Positions 40,980 to 55,915 of a stretch of 64,000 bases of DNA are shown piece by piece. The notes beneath the pieces are model-generated. The model saw only the letters and a list, made by a program, of their open reading frames with translations, had not been told where the DNA came from and did not search any database. This DNA comes from the human T2T-CHM13v2.0 reference genome, Homo sapiens, in assembly GCF_009914755.1 (NCBI RefSeq), contig NC_060936.1; one strand, 5' to 3'. Within the stretch, counting starts at the first letter, position 1. Every line of letters begins with the position of its first letter. Made by a program: the position numbers and the translations under genes.

Positions 40980-41530
40980 TCCGGACTACGCTTTGGAAGT
41001 GCCAGTTTACACCAGGCTCGACAGTCGAGCCACTTGGATCCGAGAGCCCATGGTCCAGCTGGACCACCCAGCCTGCTCAGGACACCCGCCTCGCGAGTGG
41101 AGCGCTAGGATTCAGGTCCAGATCTGACTGGGAAGCTTCCGCAGGGAATTCCGCCCCGGACCCCTGGAGACCCACATCGTCCGGTGTGTTTTCCTTTCAC
41201 AACACTTCCCACAGCCTGTAATTACATGATTATATATTTGGGGGCATGTGTTTACTGTCTGTCTCCCTGACTGGGCTGTCAGCGTTTTGCTCACCACTGG
41301 ATTCTCAGGGCTCCGCACTCAGGAAAGGTTCAGCGAGGTTTGTGTTCAGGGAACTGGGGAGGGCGGGGCCGTAGCGAGGAGCAGCTGGGCCCGGCGTGGG
41401 GGTGGGCGGGGCCCAGGGAGTAGGCGGGGTCTGAGTGAGTGGCTGCTGGGCAAGGAGTCTCGGCAGGTAGCACTCTGCGGAGAGCAACCCTGAGAGTCTA
41501 AGACCCTCGGGGGTGAACAGCCCCTGTCGG
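40980..41530. promoter_or_regulatory. Small CpG-retaining GC-rich element with SP/KLF GC boxes
   Basis: gggcggggcc at 41361-41370 and 41404-41413, aggcggggtc at 41422-41431; many CpGs compared with the flanks. Confidence 0.5.
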
Positions 41531-43003
41531 ATGGGTAGCCTGCTCCAGCCAGACCATCCTCCACCATGTCCACATTGAGCTTTCAGAAAATGTACATTCT
41601 AACCATTGTAGTGGCCCTTTCCCGCCTTCAGAATAAAATCCAAATCTTAAATGCAAGATTATAAGCATCTTTATTCAGTTACATTTCAAACGCTTATTAT
41701 TCTGAAGGGGTTTTTTTAAAATTAAGCATTAAAAGTTACTTTAATAAAGCAACTCATGGATATGTGATAAAATTGTACAAAACTAAATACACTCACAAGT
41801 GTATGTAAAACTGTGACATCTGCATAAATTTGGCGGGTTGTATCAATGTTAATTTCCTGATGGTGATAATGTAATATAACCTTGCACGGTGTTTCATTTG
41901 CTTTATTTCTTACAACTGCATATGACTCTAAAATTACCTCCAAGTAGTTTTTTATAAATATACATATATAACAGAAAATAGTTGCCAATAAGCTATTTTT
42001 TAATACTTTCTATGTATACCTCGTGTTCCCTGAAAGGCACTTGAAGGGAAAAACCAGGTCTGATTAATTTTCATAACAGCAATAGAAGTTAATAGCTTCA
42101 TACAGAGTACAAATGAATTTCTAAGAATTCTCAGGCCACAGTTCAGTGCCTAACTCAATGATTAAGCTTGTGAGACCTTTTAAGGCCCTGGGAGAGACCC
42201 TGGCAAAAGGTTCACATGATCATATATTTTTGCACAGTTTGAAAAATTAAGACATTTTAGTGGCCATCTATTAAGATCACTGTTTCTTTTCATTCTAACT
42301 TTCCTTTATCAAATTTCTCTTCCATCAGGTGACAGTGTCCTGGCTCAGGGCATTTTGGGGTCTTGCTAAGGGGAGATTGAGTTGGAAATGCTCCATTTTA
42401 ATCACACTTTGGAAAGATGCTTTGGGGACTTTTCAGTAAAACAGGTGAGAAATTTGCAGTCTCCTGATGTGGATATATATGAAGGGCATCTTTTATTTTT
42501 TGCGTCTTTAAATATATTTTTGAAATCCTCTAGAAAAATTCATATAGTAAAAAAATGGTACATGAAACAAAAAGAAATAAAGATGAGCAATAAAGCCAAA
42601 GAAAATTATTCTGACACTGAGGAGCATAACAAAATCAATTTCAGGTAATACTAAAACATAATTAATTGAGAATAAGAGACACATTTTAAATAACAACAAT
42701 AGTCAGGCTTTTGGATTGCTTGATAATCTAATGATAAGAGTGAATTACAGGGACCCACTAGGAATAGATTTAAACTTGCTCAATGATTTGCTAAGGAATA
42801 CTAACAACTATGAAGATAATATCAAACACCTGACCCACATTATGGAGAAGACACTGAGGACTTACTGGTTATGGGTGTTATCAATTTAATGAGTCACTGT
42901 GCATTAAGCATTCACTGTGCGAGAAAACTTCAACTGCCCTGAAAACTTATAGTTCATTCACGATAGGAATTTGATACTTCCTCAAATTTGACAACAATCT
43001 TAA

Positions 43004-43411
<408 letters not shown>

Positions 43412-43498
43412 TGATCAACCACACTAGGAGAGAGAGGCTGATTATCTTTCTATTTTCTCTATGGAAAATGTAACAAAATCCTTGTTTATACAAAGATG

Positions 43499-43862
43499 TG
43501 TCTTGGTCCATTCGGGTTACTATAACAGAATACCTTAGGCTGGGTATTTTATAAACAATAGAAATGTATTGCACACAGTTTTGGAGGCTGGGAAGTTCAA
43601 GATTAAGGTGCCAACCAACTCAGTGTCTGGTGAGGGCTTGCTCTCTGAGTCAAAGATGGCACCCTCTTGCTGGGTTCTTACGTGGCGGCAGGGACAAATG
43701 AGCTCCCTCGAGCCACTTTTATAAGGGCATGAGTCCCATTCCTGTGGGTGGGGTATCGTGATTGAATCACTTCCCAAAAACCCCATCTCTTAATACTATT
43801 ACATTAGAAATTAGGTTCCAACATAGAAATGTTGCGAGGACACCAACATTTAGACTATAGCA
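43499..43862 (-). mobile_element. MLT1A-like solo LTR
   Basis: TG...CA ends, about 365 bp, TSD agatg / aggtg, MLT1A motifs (ggaggctgggaagttcaagattaaggtgcc). Confidence 0.85.
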
Positions 43863-44849
43863 AGGTGATTAAAGATTATGCAGCCAAATATAGTAGGAAA
43901 ATGATCATAATAGAATATTTCAAATTATTAATAAAAAATATTAGGTGTTTTTCTGAATCTTGTGATGTTCGTGGTACTGGACAACTTCATAAAATTTGTA
44001 TGTAAGCATTCACTTTCACGTCTAACTTGGCATTCATAGTTTTGTATTCTTTTCTTAGAGAACCAAGAACTACAGAAGCATCAGGCCTCCCAAACCTGGA
44101 TCTGCCTCCATCTCTGTAATCCAAGGCTATACCTGCCTCTGCTTACCTTGTCAGCCCCAGCTTCCACCACCACCCACCATCCCCAACCACACAGACACCC
44201 AGGAATTCCAAGCACCAGCACTTCACATATGTTACCTCATTTAATCTTCACACAATAGCTAGATTCTATTTTTATTCCTACACTGACGGATTAATGGCAG
44301 AGCAGGGGTTCGAACTTAGGTAGCCAGGTTCCAGCGTCCATGCTATTAATGAGAACATTTGACTTCCTCCCATGTTGGTCACATCATCTTTAAAATTTAT
44401 GAAAAACTACTAACAGTGCTAGAGTTAGAGGCATTATCATTTCATTCTCATAACAACCTCAGGAGATAGACTGAGACTCTTCACTTCCATGCAAGAAATG
44501 CTAAGGATGAATCAGTCAGGATAGGCTAGGACATGCTGCAGAAACAACCTCCACAATCTCTGCGCAACAATGAGGTTATTTCTCAACTCCTGTTCTATTT
44601 GTTCTATTTCCTTCCAGTCATGTGGCAGAAACACACCAGCGATCCTGCTGTCACAACCCAGCCTGATTGGGGCTGCTCAGATTAGAGATAAGCATGAGAT
44701 GCTATGGGGAAAAAGGGACAGATGGCACCTAACCTAGCTTTGGAAGGTGAGAAAAGAGTGACAAGGATGCTTTCCTAGAGGAGCTGATACTTGAATGAGC
44801 TTTAGAATAGAGCAAAAACTAGCAAGGTGGGTGACGGGAGGAAGACTTA

Positions 44850-45154
44850 TTTTTTTTTTTTTTTTTTTTTGAGATGGAGTTTAGTTCTTATTGCCCAGGC
44901 TGGAGTACAATGGCATGATCTTGGCTCACTGCAATCTCCGCTTCCTGGTTCAAGCAATTCTCCAGCCTCAGCCTCCTGAGTAGCTGGGATTACAGGCATG
45001 CACCACCACACCCAGCTAATTTTTTTGTATTTTTAGTACAGATGGGGTTTCACCATGTTGGTTAGGCTGGTCTCAAACTCCTGACCTCAGGTGATCCACT
45101 TGCCTCGGCCTCCCAAAGTGCTGGGATTACAGGAGTAAGCCACCATGCCCAGCC
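44850..45154 (-). mobile_element. AluS (Sq-like), full length
   Basis: T21 tail and Alu body. Confidence 0.92.
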
Positions 45155-45973
45155 AGGAGGGAGGGTTCCCTAAGAAAAAATTACTGCCCCTAATTTACAG
45201 AAGAGAAAACTGAGGCTTCTCCAAGATCACATATCTCACCAGCAGAGGGCCAGAGATAGACTCAGTGAATTGTTTGCTCTCCCTACAATGTTGTACGTCT
45301 GTCTTGCATGCAAATGTTTCAACATGCCTCTTCTCCTACCTGAATCAGAACCCAGCCCTCCAGCCCCAGTGAGGGGGCACAAAGAGGAAAAGGAGCTGCC
45401 GCGGAAGGAAGGCATACGCCAATGAGTTCCTGGAGGTGGGGGTCTGGGGGACGAGCACGTGGGAACCAGCCTGAGCATTTGTGAGCTCTGGAACAGTCAC
45501 CCTGGGCTTCCAGACCTTCATTTGAATCTTTAACGAGCTGGAATGACCTGAGAAAGAGGACTAGGAATCTACTGGGAAAACCCCAGCTCAGAGGGCCTCT
45601 GGGGAAGGAAACCTCCTCAAATCCCAGGCTTTCTGGACTCTTCTTCTAGTGCTCCTCCTTTTCCTAGGTGCGGCAGACACTGTGTTGAGTACCTGCCCAG
45701 CCTACACCTGCCTCCCTGAGAGCTGTCCCCTCACACCCACTCTCAGAACCTTCTTGGTAATGTCTGTGCCCATCCACCCCAGCCTCAGCTGAGGTGGCCC
45801 AGACAGGGAAGTAGCACAGACAGAGTGGGACAGGGAGCAAAGACTGTGTGGCTCTGAAGCGAGTAATTGCAGCGCTGAACTTTCCAGGACACCCAGCGGT
45901 AGTACCATTCTTTTTTTTTTTTTTTTTTTTTTTGTCTCCCTTAAGGCAGTTGAATGGGTTCTAGTGATGGTTC

Positions 45974-46342
45974 TGTTAAATTAAGTTTAGCCTAAAACTG
46001 CCTCCTTACATATTTTAAGTTCGGCCTAAAGGTTTCTCTTACCTAGTGAACTGTAACCTAACTGGATGTGTGAACAGACTGTAACCTCCTCTTGTGCCAG
46101 TCATTGAGTTTCTGCCAATCACAGGTGGCCAACTGTTCAAATCATGTTTAAATCAGGCGAATGCATGTCGTAACCACGTGGGCTGTTTCTGCACCTCCAT
46201 TCCACCTTCTGTAGGTCATTTTCCTTTTTCTGTCCATAAATCTTCTTATACCACATGACTAGCTGGACCCTCTCATTGAGGGGCTGCCCAATTCACAAAT
46301 CCTTCTTTGCTCAGTTAAACTATGTCAATTTTTAAATTTGTC
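45974..46342 (+). mobile_element. MER57 (MER57B-like) ERV1 solo LTR
   Basis: Begins tgttaaattaagtttagcctaaa...ttttaagttcggcctaaagg, the MER57 5' end; CCAAT box retained. Confidence 0.85.
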
Positions 46343-46344
46343 CT

Positions 46345-46675
46345 CTTTCTTCCTCTTTCTTTCCCTTTCTTTCTTTCCCCTTCTTTCCCCCCTTTCCTTC
46401 CTTCCTTCCGTCCTTCCCCCCTCTCTCTCTGTCTCTGTCTCTCTCTCTCTCTTTCTTTCACCCAGGCTATAGTGCAGTGGCATGATCACAGCTCACTGCA
46501 ACCTTCCACCTCAGTCTCCCAAGTAGCTGAGATTACAGGCACGTGTCACCACGCCTGACTATTTTTTGTATTTTTTTGTAGGGACAGGGTTTCACTACGT
46601 TGTCCAGGCCGGTCTCAAAATCCTGGGCTCCAGTAATCCTCCTGCCTCAGACTCCCAAAGTGCTGGGATTACAGG
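46345..46675 (-). mobile_element. Degenerate AluJ with CT-rich microsatellite tail
   Basis: Alu motifs following (CTTT/CCTT/CT)n. Confidence 0.8.
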
Positions 46676-46809
46676 GATCATCCTGATGCTGCCTGTCAGA
46701 TTGTGTGCACGTGTGCCTTTTCCTGGGGCATGTTTCCTAGGAATCCTCTTAAGATCCTAGAGTGATCTATGGCCCAGAAAAGGTTAAGAACTATTAAAAG
46801 AACAAAACT

Positions 46810-46924
46810 GGCCGGGAACCATGGCTCAAGCCTGTAATCCCAACACTGGGAGGCTGAGGTGGGAGGCTTGTTTGAGCCTGGGAGGTCAAAGCTGCAGTGA
46901 GCCGTGATTCTGTCACTGCACTAC
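46810..46924 (+). mobile_element. Alu monomer (FLAM-like) fragment
   Basis: ggccgggaaccatggctcaagcctgtaatccc...gcagtgagcc. Confidence 0.7.
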
Positions 46925-47429
46925 ACGGGTGCATGCAGGTTCTTATTCCTGTCCCCTCTCCCTCCCTCATCTGTTTTCCAGAGGTCTCCAGTTTTGGTCA
47001 TTGAGGTATCCAGACCCAATCTCAGGTGGAACAGAAACCAGAGTCTTTGGTGGCAGCTCTTGGGCCAGACCCTAATGCTCCTGATGGGTGCTGTAGTATG
47101 CACGGGCAGCAGAGAGCTGTGGAGTTTGACTTCCTGCCTGGAATCAGGTCCTTTCTAAGGCCTGAGAGTGAAAAGGGAGCTGCTTGGAGAGCCCAGGCTG
47201 ACCCATTCATGGAGGGAGCCAGGGAAGTGGGGCAGAATTGGCATGCCGTCTCATTCGTTTTGAAAGAATATTGTCTATCTGTCTCCCAAGAGGTGGGCTC
47301 AGTGCAGACTCTGGAAACTGAGCCAGGATTTTAGGACATCTGGATTCCTCTCTCTGCATGGCAATAAATAAGCCCTATTCTTGGGGACACTTTGGGCATC
47401 ACAAAATGATAAATAAGAAAGTCATCAGA

Positions 47430-47721
<292 letters not shown>

Positions 47722-47747
47722 AAGAAAAAGCCATCAGAAGATAATAA

Positions 47748-48042
47748 TTTTTTTATTTTTTAGAGACAGAGTCTCACTGTCACCCATGCTGGAGTACTGT
47801 GGCATGATCATAGCTCACTGCAGCCTTGAACTCCTAGGCTCAAGCAATCCTCCTGCCTCAGCCTCCCGAAGTAGCTAGGACTACAGATATGCATCACCAT
47901 ACCTGATTAATTTTTTTTGTGTGTGGAGACTGGGGTCTCACTAGGTTGCCCAGGCTGGTCTCAAACCCCTGGTCTCAAGCAATCCTCCCACCTTGGCCTC
48001 CCAAAGTGCTAAGATTACAGATGTGAGTCACAGTGCCCAACT
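47748..48042 (-). mobile_element. AluJ, tail-to-tail with the preceding Alu
   Basis: AluJ diagnostics (catagctcactgcagccttgaactcct). Confidence 0.9.
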
Positions 48043-48316
48043 GAGAAAATGATTTTTAAATGCAGGTCACATTTGTGGTTTGTGTTACTTCCTGATTTTG
48101 CTAATTAGAGCAATACACAAACCCACCACTTCCCTTTTTTCCTCCTATAGCTCTATCTATGAAAATTCTATGGTGGGCATTTTCTTCTTAGTTTTCCCCA
48201 AAGCCTAGCCAGTGTCTCTGGGACTTCAAGCAGGGGAAGAAAACCATTCTTATGAAGACAAGATTGTACAGATTTCTATTCCGGTCAAGTGTTAATACCC
48301 AAAGAGTAGTTTAACG

Positions 48317-48790
48317 CTTCCTTCCTCACTCCCCAGAAATCTTGTCAGCTGATCCTGGTTAGAGGCCATCCCAGACCTAAGGGCAGGAATATGGTGGCCA
48401 TAAAGAGGATGGAGAAAGTTGCTAGACTGAATCAACTGTAGACTCCAGCTCCTTATGAAAAGTGGAAAGTACATGCTGGGTTACAAGCTGACCCTGAAGA
48501 TGATCAGACAAGGCAAAACGAAATTGATCATCCTCGCTAACAACTACCCAGCTTTGAGGAAATCCAAAATAGAGTACTAGGCCCTATTGGCCAAAACTGG
48601 TGTCCGATATTATTGCCACTACAATGGCAAGAATATTGAATTAGGCACAGCATGCAGAAAATACTAGAGTCTGTACATTGTCTATCATTGATCTCGGTGA
48701 TTCTGAGTTCATTAGAAGCATGGCAGAGAAGACTGGTGAAAAGTAAACCATACAAAATTTTGTTTAATAAAACTTGCCCAGAACTTGTTT
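48317..48790 (+). pseudogene. RPL30P12: Processed pseudogene of RPL30
   Basis: Intronless. TOP-like cttccttcc start, ATG 48391, [38 protein letters not shown], end EKTGEK* (TAA 48744-48746), AATAAA 48766-48771. In-frame stops and indels. The P12 number is from recall. Confidence 0.92.
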
Positions 48791-49475
48791 TTTGGTTTTT
48801 TTTTTTTTAAAGAGTTCATGTCACCATTGCAAGAGACAGTTGGAATCTTCCCGTTTCCTCTGTTCTCAGTGTCACACACTGAGAACTCCTGGGTGATGAT
48901 AACCTCAGAGGGGTTCTCTATCAGATGCCACCTCCATCTCAGGAAGTGATGGGGGGGAAGTTACACTGGACACTTACTGAGTACCAGGCTCTATGCTGCT
49001 TTGACACATCCAATGCAGGATTTATGATCCTCATTTTTCAATCAGGGAAACTAAGTCTCAGAGCAATAAAGCTTTCCCAGGATAACTTAGCTAGGGGTCT
49101 CAGAGTCTGCCTGCAAACCTAAGTCTGATCTGGCTCCAGAAGCTGTGTGCTATCCACTCTGTAGCTCTGTTTCAGAAACGTCACTTTCCTTATTGTCGGT
49201 TAAGATTCCATACTGCCAGACCAGGGAATCCCATTCTCTCCCAGTAGGAAATTTCACAAACCTCCTAGTCAACAGCGAATTGGAGAGTCGCCCCATAAAA
49301 GCCTGGGCATCCATCTACTAAATGCAGGCTGGGGGAGGGGCTCAGGCAGTTGCTGGTTCTGGTTCCTTCTTGAGTTTGACTTCATTTCCTGTCCTTGGAG
49401 GCCATGGGACACCCCCATGTTCTTCCCATACGTTGACCTTTTCTGATTCAATAGGGAGAATAGGTTTTTGCTTCT

Positions 49476-49788
<313 letters not shown>

Positions 49789-49840
49789 TAAAATCACATG
49801 AACCCTGATTAACACAGAAATAAATCAATCCAGTTCTTTT

Positions 49841-50172
<332 letters not shown>

Positions 50173-52055
50173 TGAAAACTTCAATAATGACATTTATGAA
50201 GTCTCAGACACCAGGAATGTCTGCATGGCTGGGTCATGTGGCAGTGCATCTGGGGTCTTCCCCATTGTCTTCCTTTAATAACAACCTCTGCCATGTGCAT
50301 GCCACACTTTCTCCCAGCTGCCTCCTGGATTTACAGGAAGCACAGCCTAGTGGGAGACGCTTAGGTTTGGAAATCAGAGCAGAGTTTGAATCCCGGCTCT
50401 ACCAACTTGAGTAAGCAGCTTCACTTCCCAGAGCTTCAGCATCTTCTCAACTGCCAAATAGGAATAACAGCATCTCCGTCACCTGGTTGTTTTAAAGATC
50501 TCAGAAAATGAAGTCTGTAAAACATTGAGCACAGAGAAGACATCAATAAATGACAAATGTTACTTTGATTTTAACCCCTGATTTTCAGGGACTGTCTTTA
50601 TGACAGTGTTCTCTCCTGTTGTTCACGTAAACCTGGAATGGAATTATCCTGGACTTTCTGATATTTTAGTATCCAAAAGGCATCTCCCAAACCAACACCT
50701 TATGCTCTAGAGTCTGGTTTGGAATCTGTGGTCTTTGCACTTAAGACCTGGGCCTCAGAAGGGGTGGGCGGTGGCAAAGCCTGCTCGATTGTCCCTGACA
50801 GGGGAATTTCATCACTCCCAGGCTCCTAGTCCTGGTTGACAATGACACCTAAGCAGGCGGCACTGTCCCTGCTGCCCCCACAGAGCCGCAATCAGGCCCC
50901 ATGCTTGGCCCTGCCAGGCTCCTGGAGAGCTCTGGATCCTGGTCATCAGCCTCTAGTGCCAGCTGTGCAAAAAGAGGCCACTTTACATTTGATACAAAGC
51001 ATCAGCCAATCTCATTCACAGTGTCTGGAATATGTTAAGCTCCGGATGTAAGGCTGGTAAGTAGCGCTTCCACATGAGCTCCCTTTCTGCCTCTCCACCA
51101 CCGAGACGCTTATGGACCCAGATGAACACGCAATGCCTTGTCTTTTCCGCTTCTCATCTCCCCAGATGTCAAGAGATGTTGTTCCAGGGAACAGTCTGAG
51201 AAAAGCCCCATTCTCCTCGCTGCTTCTCACCTGCCAAGAAGCCCCGGCCCGCAGGTGCCTGGTGGAGGTGGAGGAGCTGCCAGAAGGCATCAGCCCATTC
51301 ATGCTGGTTGAGAAGTGGTCTTCTCTGTGCCAAGTCCAGCCTTGGCAGCTCCATCGCAGGGCCTGGTTCTCATTCACAGCACCTGTCTGCCCAGGCCTCA
51401 AACCCCATCTCCCACCCCTGCTGCTTCGCACAAATGCAGGTGACCCCATGACCAGGGCCTCCCTCGGAGCCCACAGTTCTTCTGACAAAGCCCCGCTTGT
51501 TGGAAACGCTGAGTCTCAGAGAGTCGCCAGTCCTAGAAATAAGAGAAGCCAAGAGATGGATGATCCCGCCCTATGTGCTCCTTTCATAGGGAGGAACTCC
51601 AGTGGAGGCGGGAGAAGGATCTTGGAAAACATCATTGGGTCTGGCAGACCTCAGCCCTAGCTGCGCTTAGAATCATCTTGGGGAACTTTAAAAAATGAGA
51701 TTCTGATTTAAATGGGGGGTGGGGAGTGGGCAGTGGGGTGGGAGGGAGAACCCTCAGGGGAGTCCAAATTGAGAATCCCTAATCATGTACAACCCAGAAC
51801 CTGTCTTACACATGGAAGAATGGAGGTCCCTAGAAGAGGGCCTTTGAGGTTGTTAATCTCGTCTAACCCACCTGCTTACAGCTGCAAACACTGAGGCCCA
51901 GAGAGGTTAAGTAGACTCAAGGCTCATGGCTAGTAAGTGCTACCTTTTAGTATTTTGGGCAGTTTGACTTCTAATTATCTCAAAATGGTTCTGTTTCTAT
52001 CATCTCTGGTTTTATTTCCTTAAAGATCTGCTTTAAACCTATCATGATTCCCTAA

Positions 52056-52317
<262 letters not shown>

Positions 52318-53269
52318 AATTTTAAATATTTAGATATGGGATGTGGGCGTCCATTTGGACCCTTGCCTTGGCTCTGAATGTTGTGGGGACATCTGCTTTT
52401 CAGCTTTGGCCCCTGTAGGTGGAGGCTTCATGGTCCCTGACTTGTGAAAAGGCCCCTCAGGTCTCCCAGAAAGGAATGGAGGGAACTGGCCTCAGTGTTG
52501 ACCCCTGTGGATCTCAGAGAAGGCAAGGTGGTAGTCAGCCTTGCTGTGGGAAGGCAAGTGGCCCAGCCCTCCAGTCTGTATAAGAGCAGCACTGGCAGTT
52601 GCTAGTGGGAGTCACAAACTATACTTATGGTCAAAAAGAATTCACAAAGTGCTGATGTATTATGGAAACAGGATGTGGCGTCCCCAAGCCCTGGTTGGTA
52701 AGTACCTCCTTTCTTTCTTCCTGCAGTACACTTCTTACAAAGTCCTGTTTTTAAATTCCAAGGCTATGGTCTTTTTCATTTTCACAACAGAATTTCCATG
52801 GAATACATGAATACTAGGAACAGGACTGCTGGGTCATAGGGTATCTCAGATACTAATTTGCCTAAGTAATTCTAGATTGTTCTTTAGAATGGCTGCACCT
52901 GTCTACTGTCACACCAACTGTGCATGAGGGCGCCACCACCCCCACACTTCTGCAAACACCTGTCATGATTTAGTTTTCTAATTTGTGCCAGATCAGCAAT
53001 AGAAGTTATATTTGTTGCTCCAATTTGCAATTTTTAAATTACTAATGACTTTGAGCATCTTATCGTATGCCTGTTAGCTTCAATTATCTCCACATCCTCC
53101 TATGTAGTATCAGCCTGCCCATCTTTCTCTAGGGTTCTCTGCAAGGATAGCTGGGAGAGACTAGAACCAGTGTGCTGATATCTAGAGTTGCTATGACAGA
53201 ATAGTGGAGAGACCATGCTGGTACAGCATTAGTCACTCCTGTTTCATCTCTTTAGGACTGCCTCTCCTA

Positions 53270-53695
53270 CCTTCTGGCCCCCCAGCTCCCTGCTCTCCAG
53301 TTGTGCTGGCCAGGAACATACAAGGCCATTCCCGCCTCTGGGACTGTTGCTCCTACTCCTCTGTCTGCTGGGACCACTGACATGACAAGGCTCTGCCCAC
53401 TCTCCCTGGAGTTTCTGCTCAATGACATCTCAGCAGTGACACCTTCTGTGACCTCTGTATCTAGAGTAGCACTTTGACTACTTCTCCCCTTAGTTTTTTT
53501 TCTTCGCACCTCCCATGACCTGGCATTCCCATTGCCTGTTATGTGTTTACTGGTTTGTTTACGTATCGTGTCTCTCCTAGGTGCCACAAAAGCAAAGATT
53601 GTGACTGTTTGTTCACTTCTATATCTTAAGTGCCTGCAAGGGTGCCTGGCACGTAGTAGGCACTCAGTAACTCAATAATCACTTGTTGAATAAAT
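53270..53695 (+). mobile_element. L2 3' fragment
   Basis: Ends gtgcctggcacgtagtaggcactcag...tgttgaataaat. Confidence 0.7.
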
Positions 53696-53699
53696 TCCT

Positions 53700-54280
53700 T
53701 TTTAATACGTGATATTTATACATACTAATGGGGTACATGTAGAAGTTTGTGACATGCATAGGGTGTGTAATGATCAACTCAGGGCATTTATCATTTCCAT
53801 ATGTATTTATCATTTCTATATGTTCTACATTTCAAGTCCTTTTTTTTTTTTTTTTTTTTTTTGAGATAGGGTCTTGCTCTGTCACACAGGCTAAAATACA
53901 GTGGCTCACTGTAACCTCAAGCTCCTGGGCTCAAGCAGTCCTTCTGCCTCAGTCTCCTGAGTAGCTGGGACTACAGGGACCCACGACCATGTCCGGCTAA
54001 TTTTTAAATTTTTTGTAGATGGGGTCTCACTGTGTTGCCCAGGCTGGTCTTGAACTCCTGGCCTCAAGCAATTCTCCCACTTTGGCCTCCTAAAGTGTTG
54101 GGATTACAGGCATGAGCCACCGTGCCCAGCCTCTTACAGTTATTTTGAAAAATACAACACGCTGTTGTTAACTATAGTCACCCGACTATACTAGCAAACA
54201 TAACTTATTCCTTCTATCTAACTGTATGTTTGTACCCATCAATGTACCCAACCTCACTTCATCTCCCTTCCTCCAACCCA
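53700..54280 (-). mobile_element. L1MA 3' fragment interrupted by AluJ (53840-54131)
   Basis: ggggtacatgt...ttaactatagtcacc L1MA motifs on both sides of an Alu. Confidence 0.75.
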
Positions 54281-54400
54281 TTTAATTGAATACATTTTAA
54301 TTAGTTCCTCCTACCTAGACATATAGGCATAACGCTTACATGTAAACATTTGGACATATATCAGTTTTCTCAGGATGGTTTTTAGATCCTTAGAAAAATG

Positions 54401-54641
54401 AGCTGGGTGTGGTCGCTCATACCTGTAATCCCAGCACTTTGGGAGACTGAGGCAGAAGGATTGCTTGAGGCCAGGAGTTTGAGAACAGCCAGGTCAACAA
54501 AAAATTAAGAAATTATCCAGGCATTGTGGGATGTGCCTATAGTCCTAGCTACTCAGGAGGCTGAGGTGGGAGGATCGCTCAATCCCAGGAGTTCAAGGCT
54601 GCAATGAGCCATGATTGTGCCACCGCACTCCAGCCTGGACA
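54401..54641 (+). mobile_element. AluJ with internal deletion, 3'-truncated
   Basis: Alu body without tail. Confidence 0.8.
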
Positions 54642-55884
54642 ATTTCCTATAGCGATTCAGTTAAATTAGCTCCCCAGGCTTTCTGATGCTTTCTCTAAAC
54701 TGTCAGGATCAATGTATTTCCAGATCTGGCTTTGAAAATAAATAGAAATTTCTCCTAAATAGGAGATTATTTCCTAGAGTTCATATAGCACAAATTACTT
54801 TGGTTTTCTCATATTGCTTCTGCTATCTTTGGTCCTAAATGTTAATTATGTTCTTACTTAGAAAAATAGATCTTTCCATAAAAAGTAATGAGTTTTTAGG
54901 CTTAAAGTTTTAGTCCAACATAATGACAGTTAGACAAGCATCTTGTCACTGTTGCACAAACACTTTCTAAAAAATTTAACTCCAGTTGCTTTCTCTGAAA
55001 CTTGCAAAAAAAAAAAAAAAAAAAGTTGTTAGGAAACACCAGGACTAGAATTCAGCCGTGTCTTTCTTAAAAAAAAAAATCAGTTGGAGTGCCAGTTGTA
55101 TAGGCACTGCCTTTTGTTACCAAAAAAAAAAAGTTTTAACTCCACAGTGGAAAAACTAACATTGTCACTAGGATATGAAGAAACCATGGTGAAGAACTAG
55201 CAACAGTGGGGCCCCGCAGAATGGCTGGCGGCATCTGTGCTGAGGGCCTTTATCAGTAGCCTTGTATGTTCTATTCAGGACTCTCAGGACGATTGTTGGC
55301 ATGATGTAGACAAATTGACGCAAATTAGTTTAGCATGGGCTATGCAAAGTTTAAGCTTGTTGAGTAACACACGTGGACCACATAGCAACAGCTCCCAACA
55401 CTATGCAAAAGTGTTAGATGCAAAGTACTAACTACCCTAGACTGTGCTATTCCAGATTGGAAGCAGAATTTGCAAATTACTGGGCAGTGCGGAGGAGGAG
55501 GGCAGGAAGCTGGCAGTGGAGACCGGATCCCCCATGCTGACCCTAAAGGCCAGTGATGGTTGAGAAAAATAACTCCTGAAAGTGCCGCTTGCTCTGCCTA
55601 AAACCGACTGCCTGTTATTTCATGGCCACAAATCCTCAAAGAACTGGCCCCAAAGATTAAGGGGATTCCGCCACTTTGCTCTTTACTTTTGGTTCAAATA
55701 TCTCAAGACAATTCCTTTGGGGTTGGTGTCACACAGACCACCTAGAGGGACCTTCTAATTGTATTTACAGTAATTTAATTATGGCAGGGAGAGCTTCAGA
55801 AGGCAGGATTTACCAAGATTGATACTATGGGTGCCACTGGCAGAGTTTTGATCTGTTAAATCAACAGAGAAATGGTAAAAAAAA

Positions 55885-55915
<31 letters not shown>

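Noticed and set aside
50884-51056. Possible intergenic exon (cccccacag| ... ctg|gtaagt)
   Set aside because: An isolated splice-site pair with no partner exon or promoter; expected by chance.
51112-51660. 182-aa ORF, with an overlapping 158-aa antisense ORF
   Set aside because: No recognisable domain or family; open frames on both strands suggest a GC-content effect, and the 3' end runs into MER5-like sequence.
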